Source of the DNA: Patescibacteria group bacterium
GTDB lineage: Bacteria > Patescibacteriota > Patescibacteriia > Buchananbacterales > UBA6539
Direction of reading: 5' to 3'
Assembly: GCA_028688055.1 (NCBI GenBank)
Contig: JAQTYZ010000001.1
Span: 39,866-103,865 of the forward strand
DNA: 64,000 bases
Positions 26,997 to 37,167 of this stretch are shown piece by piece. Each line of letters opens with the position of its first letter. Within the stretch, counting starts at the first letter, position 1. The translations under genes and the position numbers were made by a program. The notes beneath the pieces are model-generated. The model saw nothing but the letters and a program-made list of their open reading frames with translations, searched no databases and was not told the origin of the DNA.

Positions 26997-27761
26997 ATGG
27001 ATTTATCTTTAGTCATCCCGGTATTTATCGCCGGCGTCCTAACTTTTTTGGCCCCCTGCTCATTGCCTTTAGTGCCGGGCTATTTAGCCTTTATCAGTGG
27101 TGTCAGTTTCGGCGACGTCAGAGACGGGGTTTCTGATTCAGCCACGCGCAAGAAAATTTTGCTCAATGGTTCAATGTATGTTATTGGCTTTAGTCTGGTT
27201 TTTGTGGTGCTTGGTTCGATTTTTGGTTTAGCCGGGATGGTTTTAGCGCAGTATCGGTTTTGGCTTTACCGAATTGGCGGTATTTTTATTATTTTTTTTG
27301 GACTTTATCTAATTCATTTTTTTGATTTGTCATTTTTTAAATTTTTAGCCATTGATCGTCACTTTAAGTTCGGTTCAACCTTAACACCAGGTAAACCAAT
27401 TAGCTCGCTTATTTTTGGTATGATTTTTGCCCTGGGCTGGACACCTTGCATCGGCCCGATCCTGGGAACGGTTCTGGTGTTGGTGGCAACCACCGGTACC
27501 TTGATTCAGGGTGCGTTGCTGCTGGCGATATTTTCTTTAGGCTTGGCAGTGCCATATTTATTTTTAAGCTTAGCCTTTGGACAGGCCACTAGGTACCTCA
27601 AAAAAGTATCCAAATTTTTAAATATTACGACGCTGGTCAGTGGTATTTTTTTAATTTTTTTTGGAATTTTAATCGTCACCGATTCGGTTGGACTTTGGAC
27701 GGTCTGGTTTAATAAACTGTTTTATGTTTTTGATTTCAATCAGCTCTTAGACTATCTCTAA
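26997..27761 (+). CDS. ccdA: Cytochrome c biogenesis CcdA / DsbD-beta-type thiol-disulfide transporter
   Basis: The two Cys motifs are LAPCSLPLVPGY and GWTPCIGPILG. There are six TM helices. Confidence 0.75.
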   Translation: MDLSLVIPVFIAGVLTFLAPCSLPLVPGYLAFISGVSFGDVRDGVSDSATRKKILLNGSMYVIGFSLVFVVLGSIFGLAGMVLAQYRFWLYRIGGIFIIFFGLYLIHFFDLSFFKFLAIDRHFKFGSTLTPGKPISSLIFGMIFALGWTPCIGPILGTVLVLVATTGTLIQGALLLAIFSLGLAVPYLFLSLAFGQATRYLKKVSKFLNITTLVSGIFLIFFGILIVTDSVGLWTVWFNKLFYVFDFNQLLDYL

Positions 27762-27825
27762 AAATAAAATTAGCTTTTTTTATCCGGATATCGCCAGTCG
27801 TGATGATATCTGGTAGAATATATTT

Positions 27826-28050
27826 ATGACAAATTCTTGGGTGTCGTCAGTTATTATTTTATTTTTAATGACAGTGTTGTCGTGGACTTTAATTTTTAGC
27901 CGCCGGTGGCGGTTGTTTGTAGCAGCATTTTTTTTATTATTGTGGCTAGCGATTGATTTGATAAATTTTTACGACGCGTTGAACGTTTTATTGGGAACAG
28001 GCATTAAGCTTGGTTCGGAGTTATCATACTTAGTAAACAGCAATGTTTGA
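27826..28050 (+). CDS. Small hypothetical membrane protein
   Basis: This is a 74-aa ORF with two hydrophobic helices. Confidence 0.3.
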   Translation: MTNSWVSSVIILFLMTVLSWTLIFSRRWRLFVAAFFLLLWLAIDLINFYDALNVLLGTGIKLGSELSYLVNSNV

Positions 28051-29452
28051 ATATTTTAAAATCATTTTAGCTCTTTTGCTCATTTGGCCGCGCGGCTATA
28101 TTTTAATATACTTAATTGACCGCAGCAAAAATTTTAGTTTTGGTTTTAAGTTTTTTGCCGGTTGGTTATTAGGGTTGTCAGGCTTTACGATGGATTTATT
28201 TGCCGCCAATGTTTTTGGCGGACAATCATTCGGACCATTAGTTTACGCTTTGTCATCAGTATCACAGATTTTTGGCTTTGGTTTTTTGATTTTTATTGCT
28301 GAACATAAATTGCCATATCCGCACTTTAAAAATTTAAAGCCATTGGTAAAAAAACAGTGGCAAACATTTCAAAAATTTAAGCCAGCTGAAATTTTGGCCT
28401 TTGGTTTGTTACTTATCAGTATTTTTGCCCGCCTCGTGTTTGGTTTTACCTCGATCAATGACAAGTCGACCTATCAATTTGATCCAATCAGTGGTGGCAA
28501 TCTGGACGCGCGGGAAATTTATAATTTGCATGTTATCCCGACTGATTCATCGCAGCCGTATTATTTGGGCGGCCCGGATTCGCAGCCGCTTAATGATACG
28601 ATGGTCAAGGTTTGGCTGTCGGTGGCGGCTGGTAGCTTTGATTATAAATATGTTAATTTAGCGGGCCTGTTTTATTATCTTGTCTTGATGACTGTTTTTT
28701 ATTTTTCACTGCCCGTTCAAGTCAATCGTTTGATAAAATTAATGGCCACCTATCTATTAAGCAGTTTGCCGTTACTGTCGCTGTTTGGTAATTTTGCGCA
28801 GCCTGATATTTTTTTCTCAATCTTTCTTTATTTAACAATTGCGTGCTTATTTTATTATTTGGCTGGCGCCGGATTGTCATTTTATTACTTGTCGGGTATC
28901 ACTTTAGCATTTTCGATTTGGACAAAAAATGAAGGTTTGTCGATTATTTTTCCCTTTATTCTTTCCCTCACCGTTGTTTTATTGCTAATAAAAAAAGTTA
29001 AGTTTAAGGATTTTATGCTCAGTTGGTTTTTTGCCTTTTTAACTGCTTTACCGTGGTTGGCTTTTCTGTTTATCAACCACATCAACGTTATCAGCTCAGA
29101 TTTTAATGCGATAAATTTTGTTGTTAATTATCAACCTTGGTCAGAAATGCTGGCCAGCGGTTTTTGGCTCAATCATTTTAATATTTTGTGGTTTCTGGCC
29201 TTAGCCTTTTTAGTTTTTCGTGGTCGCCAATTATGGCGCGATTGGCCGTTGTGGTTTTTAACCTTTACCTTAATTTTTCTTTTTTCAGTTTATTTAGGGA
29301 TTATTTTATTTACCAATAAGTATAACGATTTAAGTATCCAGACTAGAATTAATTCTCAGTTAGCACCGGTTGCTGTTTTGTTTTTAACATTCTGTTTCCA
29401 CAATTTTTTTGCTAAAATAAAACCATATGCCAGAAAAAAAGCGAAAGCCTAG
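28043..29452 (+). CDS. Polytopic integral membrane protein of unknown function
   Basis: It has at least 10 predicted TM helices and is rich in F, L and W. It lies upstream of the GT28-like glycosyltransferase. Confidence 0.4.
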   Translation: MFEYFKIILALLLIWPRGYILIYLIDRSKNFSFGFKFFAGWLLGLSGFTMDLFAANVFGGQSFGPLVYALSSVSQIFGFGFLIFIAEHKLPYPHFKNLKPLVKKQWQTFQKFKPAEILAFGLLLISIFARLVFGFTSINDKSTYQFDPISGGNLDAREIYNLHVIPTDSSQPYYLGGPDSQPLNDTMVKVWLSVAAGSFDYKYVNLAGLFYYLVLMTVFYFSLPVQVNRLIKLMATYLLSSLPLLSLFGNFAQPDIFFSIFLYLTIACLFYYLAGAGLSFYYLSGITLAFSIWTKNEGLSIIFPFILSLTVVLLLIKKVKFKDFMLSWFFAFLTALPWLAFLFINHINVISSDFNAINFVVNYQPWSEMLASGFWLNHFNILWFLALAFLVFRGRQLWRDWPLWFLTFTLIFLFSVYLGIILFTNKYNDLSIQTRINSQLAPVAVLFLTFCFHNFFAKIKPYARKKAKA

Positions 29453-30785
29453 TCATCAAAAAGCTTGGGTATTATCAGTTGATATGGGTTACGGCCATCA
29501 ACGAGCGGCTTACCCGTTGAATGATTTAGCCTATCAGGGGCAGATTTTGACGGCTAATGCCTATCCTGGCATTCCGGCGTCGGACCGCCGCATTTGGTTT
29601 GAGAGTCGAAAGTTTTATGAGTTTATTTCTCGTTTTAAAAATGTGCCAGTGGTCGGCGCGACGGCGTGGAAAATTTATGACCGGCTGCAAGAAATTCCAA
29701 AATTTTATCCTAAGCGCGATTTATCAAAATTAAGTTTGCAGGTCAAACAAATTTATCAGCTAATTGAAGAACGAAATTGGGGCAAGCATTTGATTGATAA
29801 GCTGGCTAAAGATCCTCGACCCTTGGTCTGTACTTTTTTTATTCCGGCGTTTATGGCTGAAGCTTTCAAATATCCCGGCGAAATTTATTGTTTAACCACT
29901 GATGCTGACATTAATCGAGCGTGGGCACCAAAGTCGCCAGCCTCAAGTAAAATAAAATATTTTGCGCCAACTTATCGAGTAGTGGAACGTTTAAAACTCT
30001 ACGGTGTTTTACCCCAAAATATTTTTTTAACCGGATTTCCGTTGCCCAAAGAAAATACCGGCTCGCCGCAGTTGGAAGTTTTAAAAAAAGATGTGATCCA
30101 GCGCTTGGTTAATTTGGATCCGGAAAAAAAATATTTTCACCTTTATCGCGAAGTTGTCAAAAATCGTTTAGGAATATCAAAATTGCCGTCAGCAAGCAAC
30201 CATCCGTTAACCTTGATGTTTGCCATTGGGGGAGCGGGCGCCCAAAAAGAGATTGGGGCGCAAATCGTCAAAAGTTTAAAAAATAAAATTATTAATAAAA
30301 AAATTAGGATTATTTTGGTCGCGGGCATTCATAATAGCGTCAGCGCTTATTTTCACCAGCTCATAAAATCAATTGGTTTGGAGAAAAAAATCGGCCGTGA
30401 GATCAAAATAATTTTTGCCGCTAATAAGTACGATTATTTTAAAAAATTTAATATCGCCCTCAAAACCACTGATATCTTATGGACTAAGCCGTCGGAATTA
30501 AGTTTTTACTGCGCACTGGGACTGCCGATTATTATCGCGCCGCCGATTGGCTCGCAGGAAGAATTCAATCGTAAATGGTTGCGGACGATCGGTTCGGCTG
30601 TTTCGCAAGAAGATCCGGCCCACGCCGATGAGTGGATTTTCGATTGGGTTGACAGCGGGTGGTTTGCCGAAGCGGCGATGCAGGGATTTGTTGAGGCACC
30701 GCAGTATGGAACATATAATATTGAACATATTATTTTCCACCGCCTGGAAAAAACCAAAACCCCCAAAATGGTCACTCAATTTTAA
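29427..30785 (+). CDS. Glycosyltransferase, MGDG-synthase/UgtP-like (GT28-type)
   Basis: The N-terminal SVDMGYGHQRAA resembles the ANYGNGH motif of diacylglycerol glucosyl/galactosyltransferases. The C-terminal half has a GT-B donor-binding layout (AIGGAGAQ..., LGLPIIIAPPIGSQEEFN). Confidence 0.45.
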   Translation: MPEKKRKPSHQKAWVLSVDMGYGHQRAAYPLNDLAYQGQILTANAYPGIPASDRRIWFESRKFYEFISRFKNVPVVGATAWKIYDRLQEIPKFYPKRDLSKLSLQVKQIYQLIEERNWGKHLIDKLAKDPRPLVCTFFIPAFMAEAFKYPGEIYCLTTDADINRAWAPKSPASSKIKYFAPTYRVVERLKLYGVLPQNIFLTGFPLPKENTGSPQLEVLKKDVIQRLVNLDPEKKYFHLYREVVKNRLGISKLPSASNHPLTLMFAIGGAGAQKEIGAQIVKSLKNKIINKKIRIILVAGIHNSVSAYFHQLIKSIGLEKKIGREIKIIFAANKYDYFKKFNIALKTTDILWTKPSELSFYCALGLPIIIAPPIGSQEEFNRKWLRTIGSAVSQEDPAHADEWIFDWVDSGWFAEAAMQGFVEAPQYGTYNIEHIIFHRLEKTKTPKMVTQF

Positions 30786-30906
30786 TTTAAAGTCTAAACA
30801 TTTAATCCCGATTGGTCTCGGGATTTTTGGTTGCCAATTTTTTGGCTAATTGATAAAGTATAGGCGCTCTTTGGTTTTGTTCCCTACAACTCATAAAGGA
30901 AATGTC

Positions 30907-32199
30907 ATGAACAGAGACGGTCTAACAGTCTTGGTTATCGGCTCTGGTGGCCGAGAGGACGCCGTGTGCTGGAAATTGTCTCAGTCATCGTTGTTGAGAA
31001 AACTCTTTTGCGCTCCCGGTAATGCCGGCACCGCGCGCTGGGCAACCAATGTTGCCATTAAGGCAATCAATATTCAAGACCTGGTAACTTGGGCGATTGC
31101 CAACGGTGTCAATTTTGTTGTCGTCACGCCTGATGATCCGTTGGCGTTAGGCCTGGTTAATGCCTTTAACGAAGTCGGCATTATGGCATTTGGTCCGACG
31201 CTGGCCGCGGCGCAAATTGAAGCCTCAAAAGCTTACGCGGCTGAGGTAGAACAACGGTATCGAATTCCGATGCCGCACACTGTGTCGTTCAATGATTTTC
31301 CGAAAGCCCTTCGCTATTTGGATTTTTTGGCGCAAATCGGCGTGGAACGCTGTGTCGTTAAGGCTAGCGGTTTGGCGCTGGGCAAAGGTGCTTATCCTTG
31401 TCCAAGTCTCGGAGACGCGAGGTTAGTTTTATATCGCGTGATGATTGACAAGGTCAACGGTGCCGCCGGTGATACGGTGGTCATTCAGGAGTACCTTGAT
31501 GGTGCTGAACTTTCGGCTCACGCGTTTTGTGATGGCGAGACTGCAGTAATGATGCCGTGGTCGCGCGATTATAAACGTATCACCGATGAGGGCGGTGACA
31601 TGACTGGCGGTATGGGCTGTGATACTTATTCTGATCATATCACGCCACAACTAGCGGCGACCATCGAAAGTCAAATCGCCAAGCGTCTGTTGCAGGCGCT
31701 GCAAGCCGAAGAACGCCCGTTTAAGGGTGTGCTGTATCCGGGATTGATGCTGACCGAGCAAGGTCCCAAGGTGATTGAATTCAATTGCCGTTTCGGTGAT
31801 CCGGAAACGCAGGTCATTTTGCCGCGCCTTGAATCTGACTTGCTGGAGGTGATGTTCGCCTGTGTTAACGGTTCGTTAAGGAATCAGGAAGTCCGTTGGA
31901 ATGGCAAGCAGGTTGTGGCCGTTGTCCTGGCGTCGGCTGGTTATCCGGCTAGTAGGCAGATTGACGTGCCAATTTACGGAGTCAACGAAGCCGAAGCGCT
32001 TGAAGGTGTAACTATTTTTCATGCCGGTACTAAGCGCGACCATTCTGGTCAGCTGTTGACTAACGGCGGTCGTGTTTTGAATGTCACGGCCGAAGGCGAT
32101 GATTTAGCGCAGGCAACCGAGCGCGCTTATGGCGCCGTTGACTACATTAGTTTTGAAGGTATGCAATACCGAGAAAAAATCGGTAGCCGCTCATTCTAA
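30907..32199 (+). CDS. purD: Phosphoribosylamine--glycine ligase
   Basis: VLVIGSGGREDAVCWKL and the ATP-grasp core match PurD. GC is about 50-52%. The start is taken at the ATG at 30907 (MNRDGLTVLVIGSGGRE). Confidence 0.8.
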   Translation: MNRDGLTVLVIGSGGREDAVCWKLSQSSLLRKLFCAPGNAGTARWATNVAIKAINIQDLVTWAIANGVNFVVVTPDDPLALGLVNAFNEVGIMAFGPTLAAAQIEASKAYAAEVEQRYRIPMPHTVSFNDFPKALRYLDFLAQIGVERCVVKASGLALGKGAYPCPSLGDARLVLYRVMIDKVNGAAGDTVVIQEYLDGAELSAHAFCDGETAVMMPWSRDYKRITDEGGDMTGGMGCDTYSDHITPQLAATIESQIAKRLLQALQAEERPFKGVLYPGLMLTEQGPKVIEFNCRFGDPETQVILPRLESDLLEVMFACVNGSLRNQEVRWNGKQVVAVVLASAGYPASRQIDVPIYGVNEAEALEGVTIFHAGTKRDHSGQLLTNGGRVLNVTAEGDDLAQATERAYGAVDYISFEGMQYREKIGSRSF

Positions 32200-32221
32200 T
32201 GATACCGTTTGGTATCAAAAA

Positions 32222-32257
32222 CCGTAGCACCCCAAGGGGACTACGGCTTTTATTTTA
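32222..32257 (+). terminator. Bidirectional rho-independent terminator between purD and tRNA-Pro
   Basis: A GC-rich hairpin ccgtagcacccc-aa-ggggactacgg is followed by cttttatttta. On the opposite strand the A-tract tcaaaaa precedes it. Confidence 0.7.
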
Positions 32258-32265
32258 TTAATTTT

Positions 32266-32341
32266 TGGTCGGGCTGGCGGGATTTGAACCCACGACCTCA
32301 TCGTCCCGAACGATGCGCGCTACCAGCTGCGCTACAGCCCG
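32266..32341 (-). tRNA. tRNA-Pro (anticodon CGG)
   Basis: The reverse complement TCGGGCTGTAGCGCAGCTGGTAGCGCGCATCGTTCGGGACGATGAGGTCGTGGGTTCAAATCCCGCCAGCCCGACCA folds into a cloverleaf with anticodon loop TCGGGAC and T-arm GGTTCAAATCC. CCA is encoded. Confidence 0.85.
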
Positions 32342-32631
32342 ATACTCGATAATCTTAATAGCTAACTTAAACTATCTTTATAAATTCATTGGTTTCCGCG
32401 ATGAGTCCCGCTAAGTGTGGAGCTACAGCCCGAAGGAATAAAAGGTTAATAAATTTTACGGAGGAGGAGGGTCTTTATATGAGCTTGTAATCCCTGTCTA
32501 CAAGTTGTAACTATATTTTAGTTTAATGAGTTTGTAAAGTAAACGCAAATTGATTATTAAAAAAATTGTGGCCGCCGTCATCCTGGTTGGGAATCAAGCG
32601 GCCGTGGTGTGGAGTAGACGTAGTCAGTAGA

Positions 32632-33060
32632 CTACGTCAAATTGCTTCGCCGACTGAAGCCTGGTAGACGATTGATCGTCCAACCGAGCAAGATCAGTGT
32701 GAAGCTACCGGTGTACCAATACAGTACCTGAACGGTAGGGGTTTCTTGAGCTGGCTCAAAGAGCACACCGATGTAACCAACGAGGGAGAATACGATACCC
32801 CATTGTCGTTTCGGGTGCTCCATTTGCCAGTCAAGCCAGATGGCTAGCTGCTGTAGGAATCGGATGGTCAGATAGCTGATCGGCAGCAAGAGGGCGCCGA
32901 TAAAACTGATCTGACAAATCAGATTTGCCCCGATGACTACGGCGATCATTCCGATGGCGAATAGTGCCAGGCATATCTGGACGAGCCAGAACTGCTTGGA
33001 GTACCAGCCCCAGAATTCTGCCAATGTGCGGTCAATCATTCGACCAAAACGTTCGAACAT
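32632..33060 (-). CDS. Hypothetical membrane protein in a GC-rich block
   Basis: It is 142 aa with three or four TM helices. GC is about 52%. A strong SD (GGAGGAG) lies 7 nt upstream of the ATG, unlike neighbouring genes. Confidence 0.5.
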   Translation of the reverse strand: MFERFGRMIDRTLAEFWGWYSKQFWLVQICLALFAIGMIAVVIGANLICQISFIGALLLPISYLTIRFLQQLAIWLDWQMEHPKRQWGIVFSLVGYIGVLFEPAQETPTVQVLYWYTGSFTLILLGWTINRLPGFSRRSNLT

Positions 33061-33239
33061 GAGCCTTCTCCTCCGTGTTGAGCCGATATTAAATCGGCCT
33101 TAGTGACCCGTATACCCGAGAGTTGATACAAAAGAACATTTTTTAGTATAGCATAATTTTTAATTTTTGTCAATATTTTAGTACTTTGACCATCTTAGCT
33201 GAATAGAGGTAGAATTAAATAGCTTTAAAACGCTCAAAA

Positions 33240-34526
33240 ATGCCTTTTTTTGAGGGGTTTATCGATTATTTGACTATGGACTTGTTTGACCAAAAATTAG
33301 AGGAAAATCTCAGAAAAACCGCCCCTTTAGCTGATCGGATGCGGCCACAGTCTTTTGCTGATTTTGTTGGTCAAAAAGAGATAATTGGCGAAGGCAAGCT
33401 GTTACGCAAGGCCATTGAAAATGATGAGATTCCGTCAATGATTTTTTGGGGTCCGCCAGGTTCGGGCAAAAGCACGCTGGCGCGTATCATTGCCAAAACA
33501 ACCAAGTCTGATTTTATTCAATTGTCCGCGGTTAGCTCCGGCGTTAAAGAGTTTCGGGAAATTATTAAAGTCGCGCAAGATAAGCGCAAGTTTAACAACA
33601 AGCGAACGATTTTATTTATTGATGAGATTCATCGCTGGAATAAAGTCCAGCAAGATGGTCTTTTGCCGTATGTTGAGCAAGGGATTATTACTTTAATCGG
33701 TGCCACTACCGAAAATCCCAGCTTTGAAGTAGTTTCGGCGCTGCTGTCACGTTGCCGCGTTTTTGTCTTAACCCAATTAACCGATCATGATTTGGAAATA
33801 ATTTTAAGCGGCGCGCTTAAAAAAGGTTTTCCTAATTTGAAAATTGATTTGCCCGATGAGGTCTCGCGCTATTTGGCCGGGTTAGCTAATGGCGATGCGC
33901 GCGTCGCCTTGAACGCGCTGGAATTTGCGGTTAACGCCACCGCACCGAACACCCAAGGTAAAATTATTTTAGATAAAGATATTATTAAAGAGTCGTTGCA
34001 AAAATCGCACTATCTTTATGATAAAGCCGGTGACCAGCATTACAATTTAATTTCAGCCCTTCACAAATCGGTGCGCGGTAACGATGACAACGCGGCTTTG
34101 TATTGGTTGGCCAGAATGTTGGAAGCCGGCGAAGAGCCGCTTTATGTCGCCCGACGTTTAATTCGGATGTCGGTTGAAGATATTGGCCTGGCCGACCCAA
34201 AAGCTTTAGAGCAAGCGGTGGCTTGCTATCAAGGCTGTCATTTTTTGGGTATGCCGGAGTGCAACATCATTTTAGGTCAATGCGTTGTTTATTTGGCGCG
34301 AGCCAAAAAGTCCGTCGAAATTTATCAGGCCTACGGTCAAGTGCAAGCCGATGTCAAGGAAACTATGGATGAACCGGTGCCGCTTCATTTGCGCAACGCG
34401 CCAACCAAATTAATGAAAGATTTAAATTACGGTAAAGATTATAAATATTCGCCAAATTATAATTGGCAGGAGGATCAAGAGTATCTGCCTGCTAAACTCA
34501 AGCATAAAAAATATTTAAAAAAATAA
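33240..34526 (+). CDS. rarA: Replication-associated recombination protein A (AAA+ ATPase)
   Basis: [12 protein letters not shown], Walker [10 protein letters not shown] and the MgsA C-terminal domain are present. Confidence 0.85.
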   Translation: MPFFEGFIDYLTMDLFDQKLEENLRKTAPLADRMRPQSFADFVGQKEIIGEGKLLRKAIENDEIPSMIFWGPPGSGKSTLARIIAKTTKSDFIQLSAVSSGVKEFREIIKVAQDKRKFNNKRTILFIDEIHRWNKVQQDGLLPYVEQGIITLIGATTENPSFEVVSALLSRCRVFVLTQLTDHDLEIILSGALKKGFPNLKIDLPDEVSRYLAGLANGDARVALNALEFAVNATAPNTQGKIILDKDIIKESLQKSHYLYDKAGDQHYNLISALHKSVRGNDDNAALYWLARMLEAGEEPLYVARRLIRMSVEDIGLADPKALEQAVACYQGCHFLGMPECNIILGQCVVYLARAKKSVEIYQAYGQVQADVKETMDEPVPLHLRNAPTKLMKDLNYGKDYKYSPNYNWQEDQEYLPAKLKHKKYLKK

Positions 34527-34528
34527 TT

Positions 34529-34975
34529 ATGGCTCGAGAAAAAACAATTGGTATCGTCGTTTTTCGCCGCGAAGGCCAGGGGATTAGGTATTTATTACTT
34601 CATCACGGCGGCTCGTACTGGAATTTTCCGAAAGGCCGTCAGGAGGCTGGAGAAACCGAAATTGAATCGGCGTTAAGAGAGTTGCACGAAGAAACTGGTA
34701 TCACAGACATTAAAATTGTTGATGGTTTTAAGGAAGAGTATGATTATGATTTCGACAGTGAAATAATAAACGGCGTGCGGGAAAAAAAATATAAAACTGC
34801 CATTTTCTTTTTGGGCGAGGTTGCCAGCGCCGAAATTACGATTTCGTCTGAGCATATTGATTCTGGTTGGTTTGACTATGATAAAGCGCTCGAACGTTCT
34901 TTTTTTCAGCAAGGACAAAATTTATTAAAGAAAGCCAATCAATTTCTTTTGAATCAGCAAGATTTTGTGTTATAA
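34529..34975 (+). CDS. NUDIX hydrolase (Ap4A-hydrolase-like)
   Basis: The Nudix box is PKGRQEAGETEIESALRELHEETG. Confidence 0.7.
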   Translation: MAREKTIGIVVFRREGQGIRYLLLHHGGSYWNFPKGRQEAGETEIESALRELHEETGITDIKIVDGFKEEYDYDFDSEIINGVREKKYKTAIFFLGEVASAEITISSEHIDSGWFDYDKALERSFFQQGQNLLKKANQFLLNQQDFVL

Positions 34976-34987
34976 TAAAATCCAGCT

Positions 34988-36031
34988 ATGGATATAACAC
35001 AATATTTTGAAGCCGCTTTGCGGAGCAAGGCGTCTGATCTTCATTTAGTATCGGGAAATCGACCAACCTTGCGTATTCAAGGTATTTTAGAGCCGATTAA
35101 TGAGGTCGTTTTGAATCCCGCCGAGCTAGAGGAAGCTGTTAATGCTTTAATGTCACCGGAAGAAATTGATGTTTTTAAAAAAGAAAAAGAGTTGGACTTG
35201 GCACTGGATATTGCGGGTGGTCATTTTCGAGTAAATTTACATCGTCAAGAAGGTCAAATTGGCGTTTCGGCTCGCGTCATTCCGGAAATAATTCCCACGC
35301 CCAAAGAAATTGATTTTGACGAGACGATTTATCAACTCAGTCATTTGAACCAGGGCTTGATTTTGGTGACCGGACCGTCAGGCTCGGGCAAGTCGACGAC
35401 GCTCGCGGTGTTACTCAATTTAATTAACGCCGAGCGACGCGCCCACATTATTACCATTGAAGATCCAATTGAGTTTATTTTTAAAGAAAACCAGAGTATC
35501 ATTGAGCAGCGTGAATTAGGGCGCGACACTCATTCATTCCATGAAGCGCTTAAACGCGCGTTACGGCAAGATCCGAATGTCATTATGGTCGGGGAAATGC
35601 GTGACACCGACACGATCACGGCAACTTTAACCGCGGCGGAAACCGGCCACTTAGTGCTGTCGACGCTTCACACTAATACCGCGTCCGAGACGGTGGAAAG
35701 AATTGTCGATACTTTTCCGTCACATCAGCAGCAGCAAATTTTGCTTCAATTAGGTTCAGTTTTACGAGCGGTTATTTGTCAGCAGATGTTGCCCAAAAAA
35801 GACGGTGGTATTGTCGTGGCCAGAGAAATTATGATTAATACGCCAGCCATTGCCAATTTGATTAGAGAAAACAAGTTAGCTCATATCCCGTCAGCGATGC
35901 AGACGGGGCGCAGTGAAGGGATGGAAACGATGCGGGCTTCGATTAAAAGACTTTATGAGCAGGGGATAATCAGCAAACAAGTTTATGTTAATCGCACCGG
36001 AACGACCGATACTATGAATACTTATTATTAA
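34988..36031 (+). CDS. pilT: Type IV pilus retraction ATPase PilT
   Basis: It has Walker A GPSGSGKSTT, the Asp box, Walker B VIMVGEMRD and His box, and an AIANLIRE motif. Length is 347 aa. Confidence 0.8.
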   Translation: MDITQYFEAALRSKASDLHLVSGNRPTLRIQGILEPINEVVLNPAELEEAVNALMSPEEIDVFKKEKELDLALDIAGGHFRVNLHRQEGQIGVSARVIPEIIPTPKEIDFDETIYQLSHLNQGLILVTGPSGSGKSTTLAVLLNLINAERRAHIITIEDPIEFIFKENQSIIEQRELGRDTHSFHEALKRALRQDPNVIMVGEMRDTDTITATLTAAETGHLVLSTLHTNTASETVERIVDTFPSHQQQQILLQLGSVLRAVICQQMLPKKDGGIVVAREIMINTPAIANLIRENKLAHIPSAMQTGRSEGMETMRASIKRLYEQGIISKQVYVNRTGTTDTMNTYY

Positions 36032-36041
36032 CGAATAAATT

Positions 36042-36383
36042 ATGACTGATGAACGCTGGACAAATATTTTAGGGCACATCAAAGATAATTTTGAAGTGAT
36101 TAGCGAAACCACTGAAGTGATACCCGAAGAAGTTGGGACCGGATCAATTGAAATAATTGAATTTAACGGCCCGGCCGGAAAAATAAAACTTGAACGCACG
36201 ACGCAGCCTTTGGTCATTGATAAAAAAACCTTGGGCTCCAAAAGAATCGGCAGCCAAGCGACCGTTGAATATATTTATTCTGATACGGAGAAGGTTCATA
36301 AGTTTACCGCCTACAAATTTGATGAGGCCACGGCTGATTGGGTTGAATTAAAAATGGAAAAAGGTGACACCGCATTTTTTTAA
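36042..36383 (+). CDS. Hypothetical protein
   Basis: ORF track only. I recognised no motifs. Confidence 0.3.
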   Translation: MTDERWTNILGHIKDNFEVISETTEVIPEEVGTGSIEIIEFNGPAGKIKLERTTQPLVIDKKTLGSKRIGSQATVEYIYSDTEKVHKFTAYKFDEATADWVELKMEKGDTAFF

Positions 36384-36411
36384 AACTAAATAATTTTTAA
36401 AAAACAAAAAT

Positions 36412-36744
36412 ATGGTTAAGAAACAAAAAATCAATGAGTCCGAAGTAATGAAATTTGGTTTTTTGGGTGGCATCGCCGAAGCCGCCTACTGTTTTATTGT
36501 TGTTTTGGTGATGGAGTCTCTAAATCAGGCAATGCCTCAAGGACCGTCCGGGTCTTATGGCTTTTTGATATTTCTCTTAATTTTTGTTTTTTCCGCGGGC
36601 GTATCTGGAATATTAGTCTTTGGCTATCCCGCCTATTTAGCCATCCAAAAGCGTTATATTGAATCATTAATGACGGCCATTACTTCCTTTGTCGCCTTGG
36701 CTATCACTGGCATTCTGGTCTTTATGTTAATTTCTTTGGTTTAA
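36412..36744 (+). CDS. Hypothetical small membrane protein
   Basis: Three predicted TM helices. Confidence 0.3.
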   Translation: MVKKQKINESEVMKFGFLGGIAEAAYCFIVVLVMESLNQAMPQGPSGSYGFLIFLLIFVFSAGVSGILVFGYPAYLAIQKRYIESLMTAITSFVALAITGILVFMLISLV

Positions 36745-37154
36745 TGAAAAGTTTTTTTAAGTCAAAAATCTTAGTCGTCTTATTGCTGACCATAATGCCA
36801 ATTGGTTTAGTCGGCTGTTTTAAAAAAAATACTATTGTCAATAAATCGATTGACAGCATTCCGGCCGTTAATAATAATACTAATATCGCAATTAATCACG
36901 TTGAGCTTGAAACTCAGTATCAGACTAAACTACACGATATTTTGAAGCTTGACCCCGATCATAACAATGTCTCGGATATCAAACAAAAGATTTTAGACTT
37001 AACGGTTCCGACCAAATTTTTAGATTTGCATTTGAAATTGGTTTTAGCGCTCGACAGCCTTGAACAAGGTCAAGCGGCTGCTAACCAAAATAAGGTTGCT
37101 AAGGCTTTAGCTGAGCTTGAAAAATTAAAAACTCAATATCCTTGGCTAAATTAA
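36744..37154 (+). CDS. Putative lipoprotein
   Basis: It has a signal peptide with the lipobox LVGC. Confidence 0.45.
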   Translation: MKSFFKSKILVVLLLTIMPIGLVGCFKKNTIVNKSIDSIPAVNNNTNIAINHVELETQYQTKLHDILKLDPDHNNVSDIKQKILDLTVPTKFLDLHLKLVLALDSLEQGQAAANQNKVAKALAELEKLKTQYPWLN

Positions 37155-37167
37155 TCATTGCAATTTT

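Noticed and set aside
32459-32490. Polypurine ggaggaggagg followed by a 3-codon ORF (M-S-L-stop)
   Set aside because: It is too short to call a leader peptide without expression data. It is mentioned under the tRNA-Pro scar finding.
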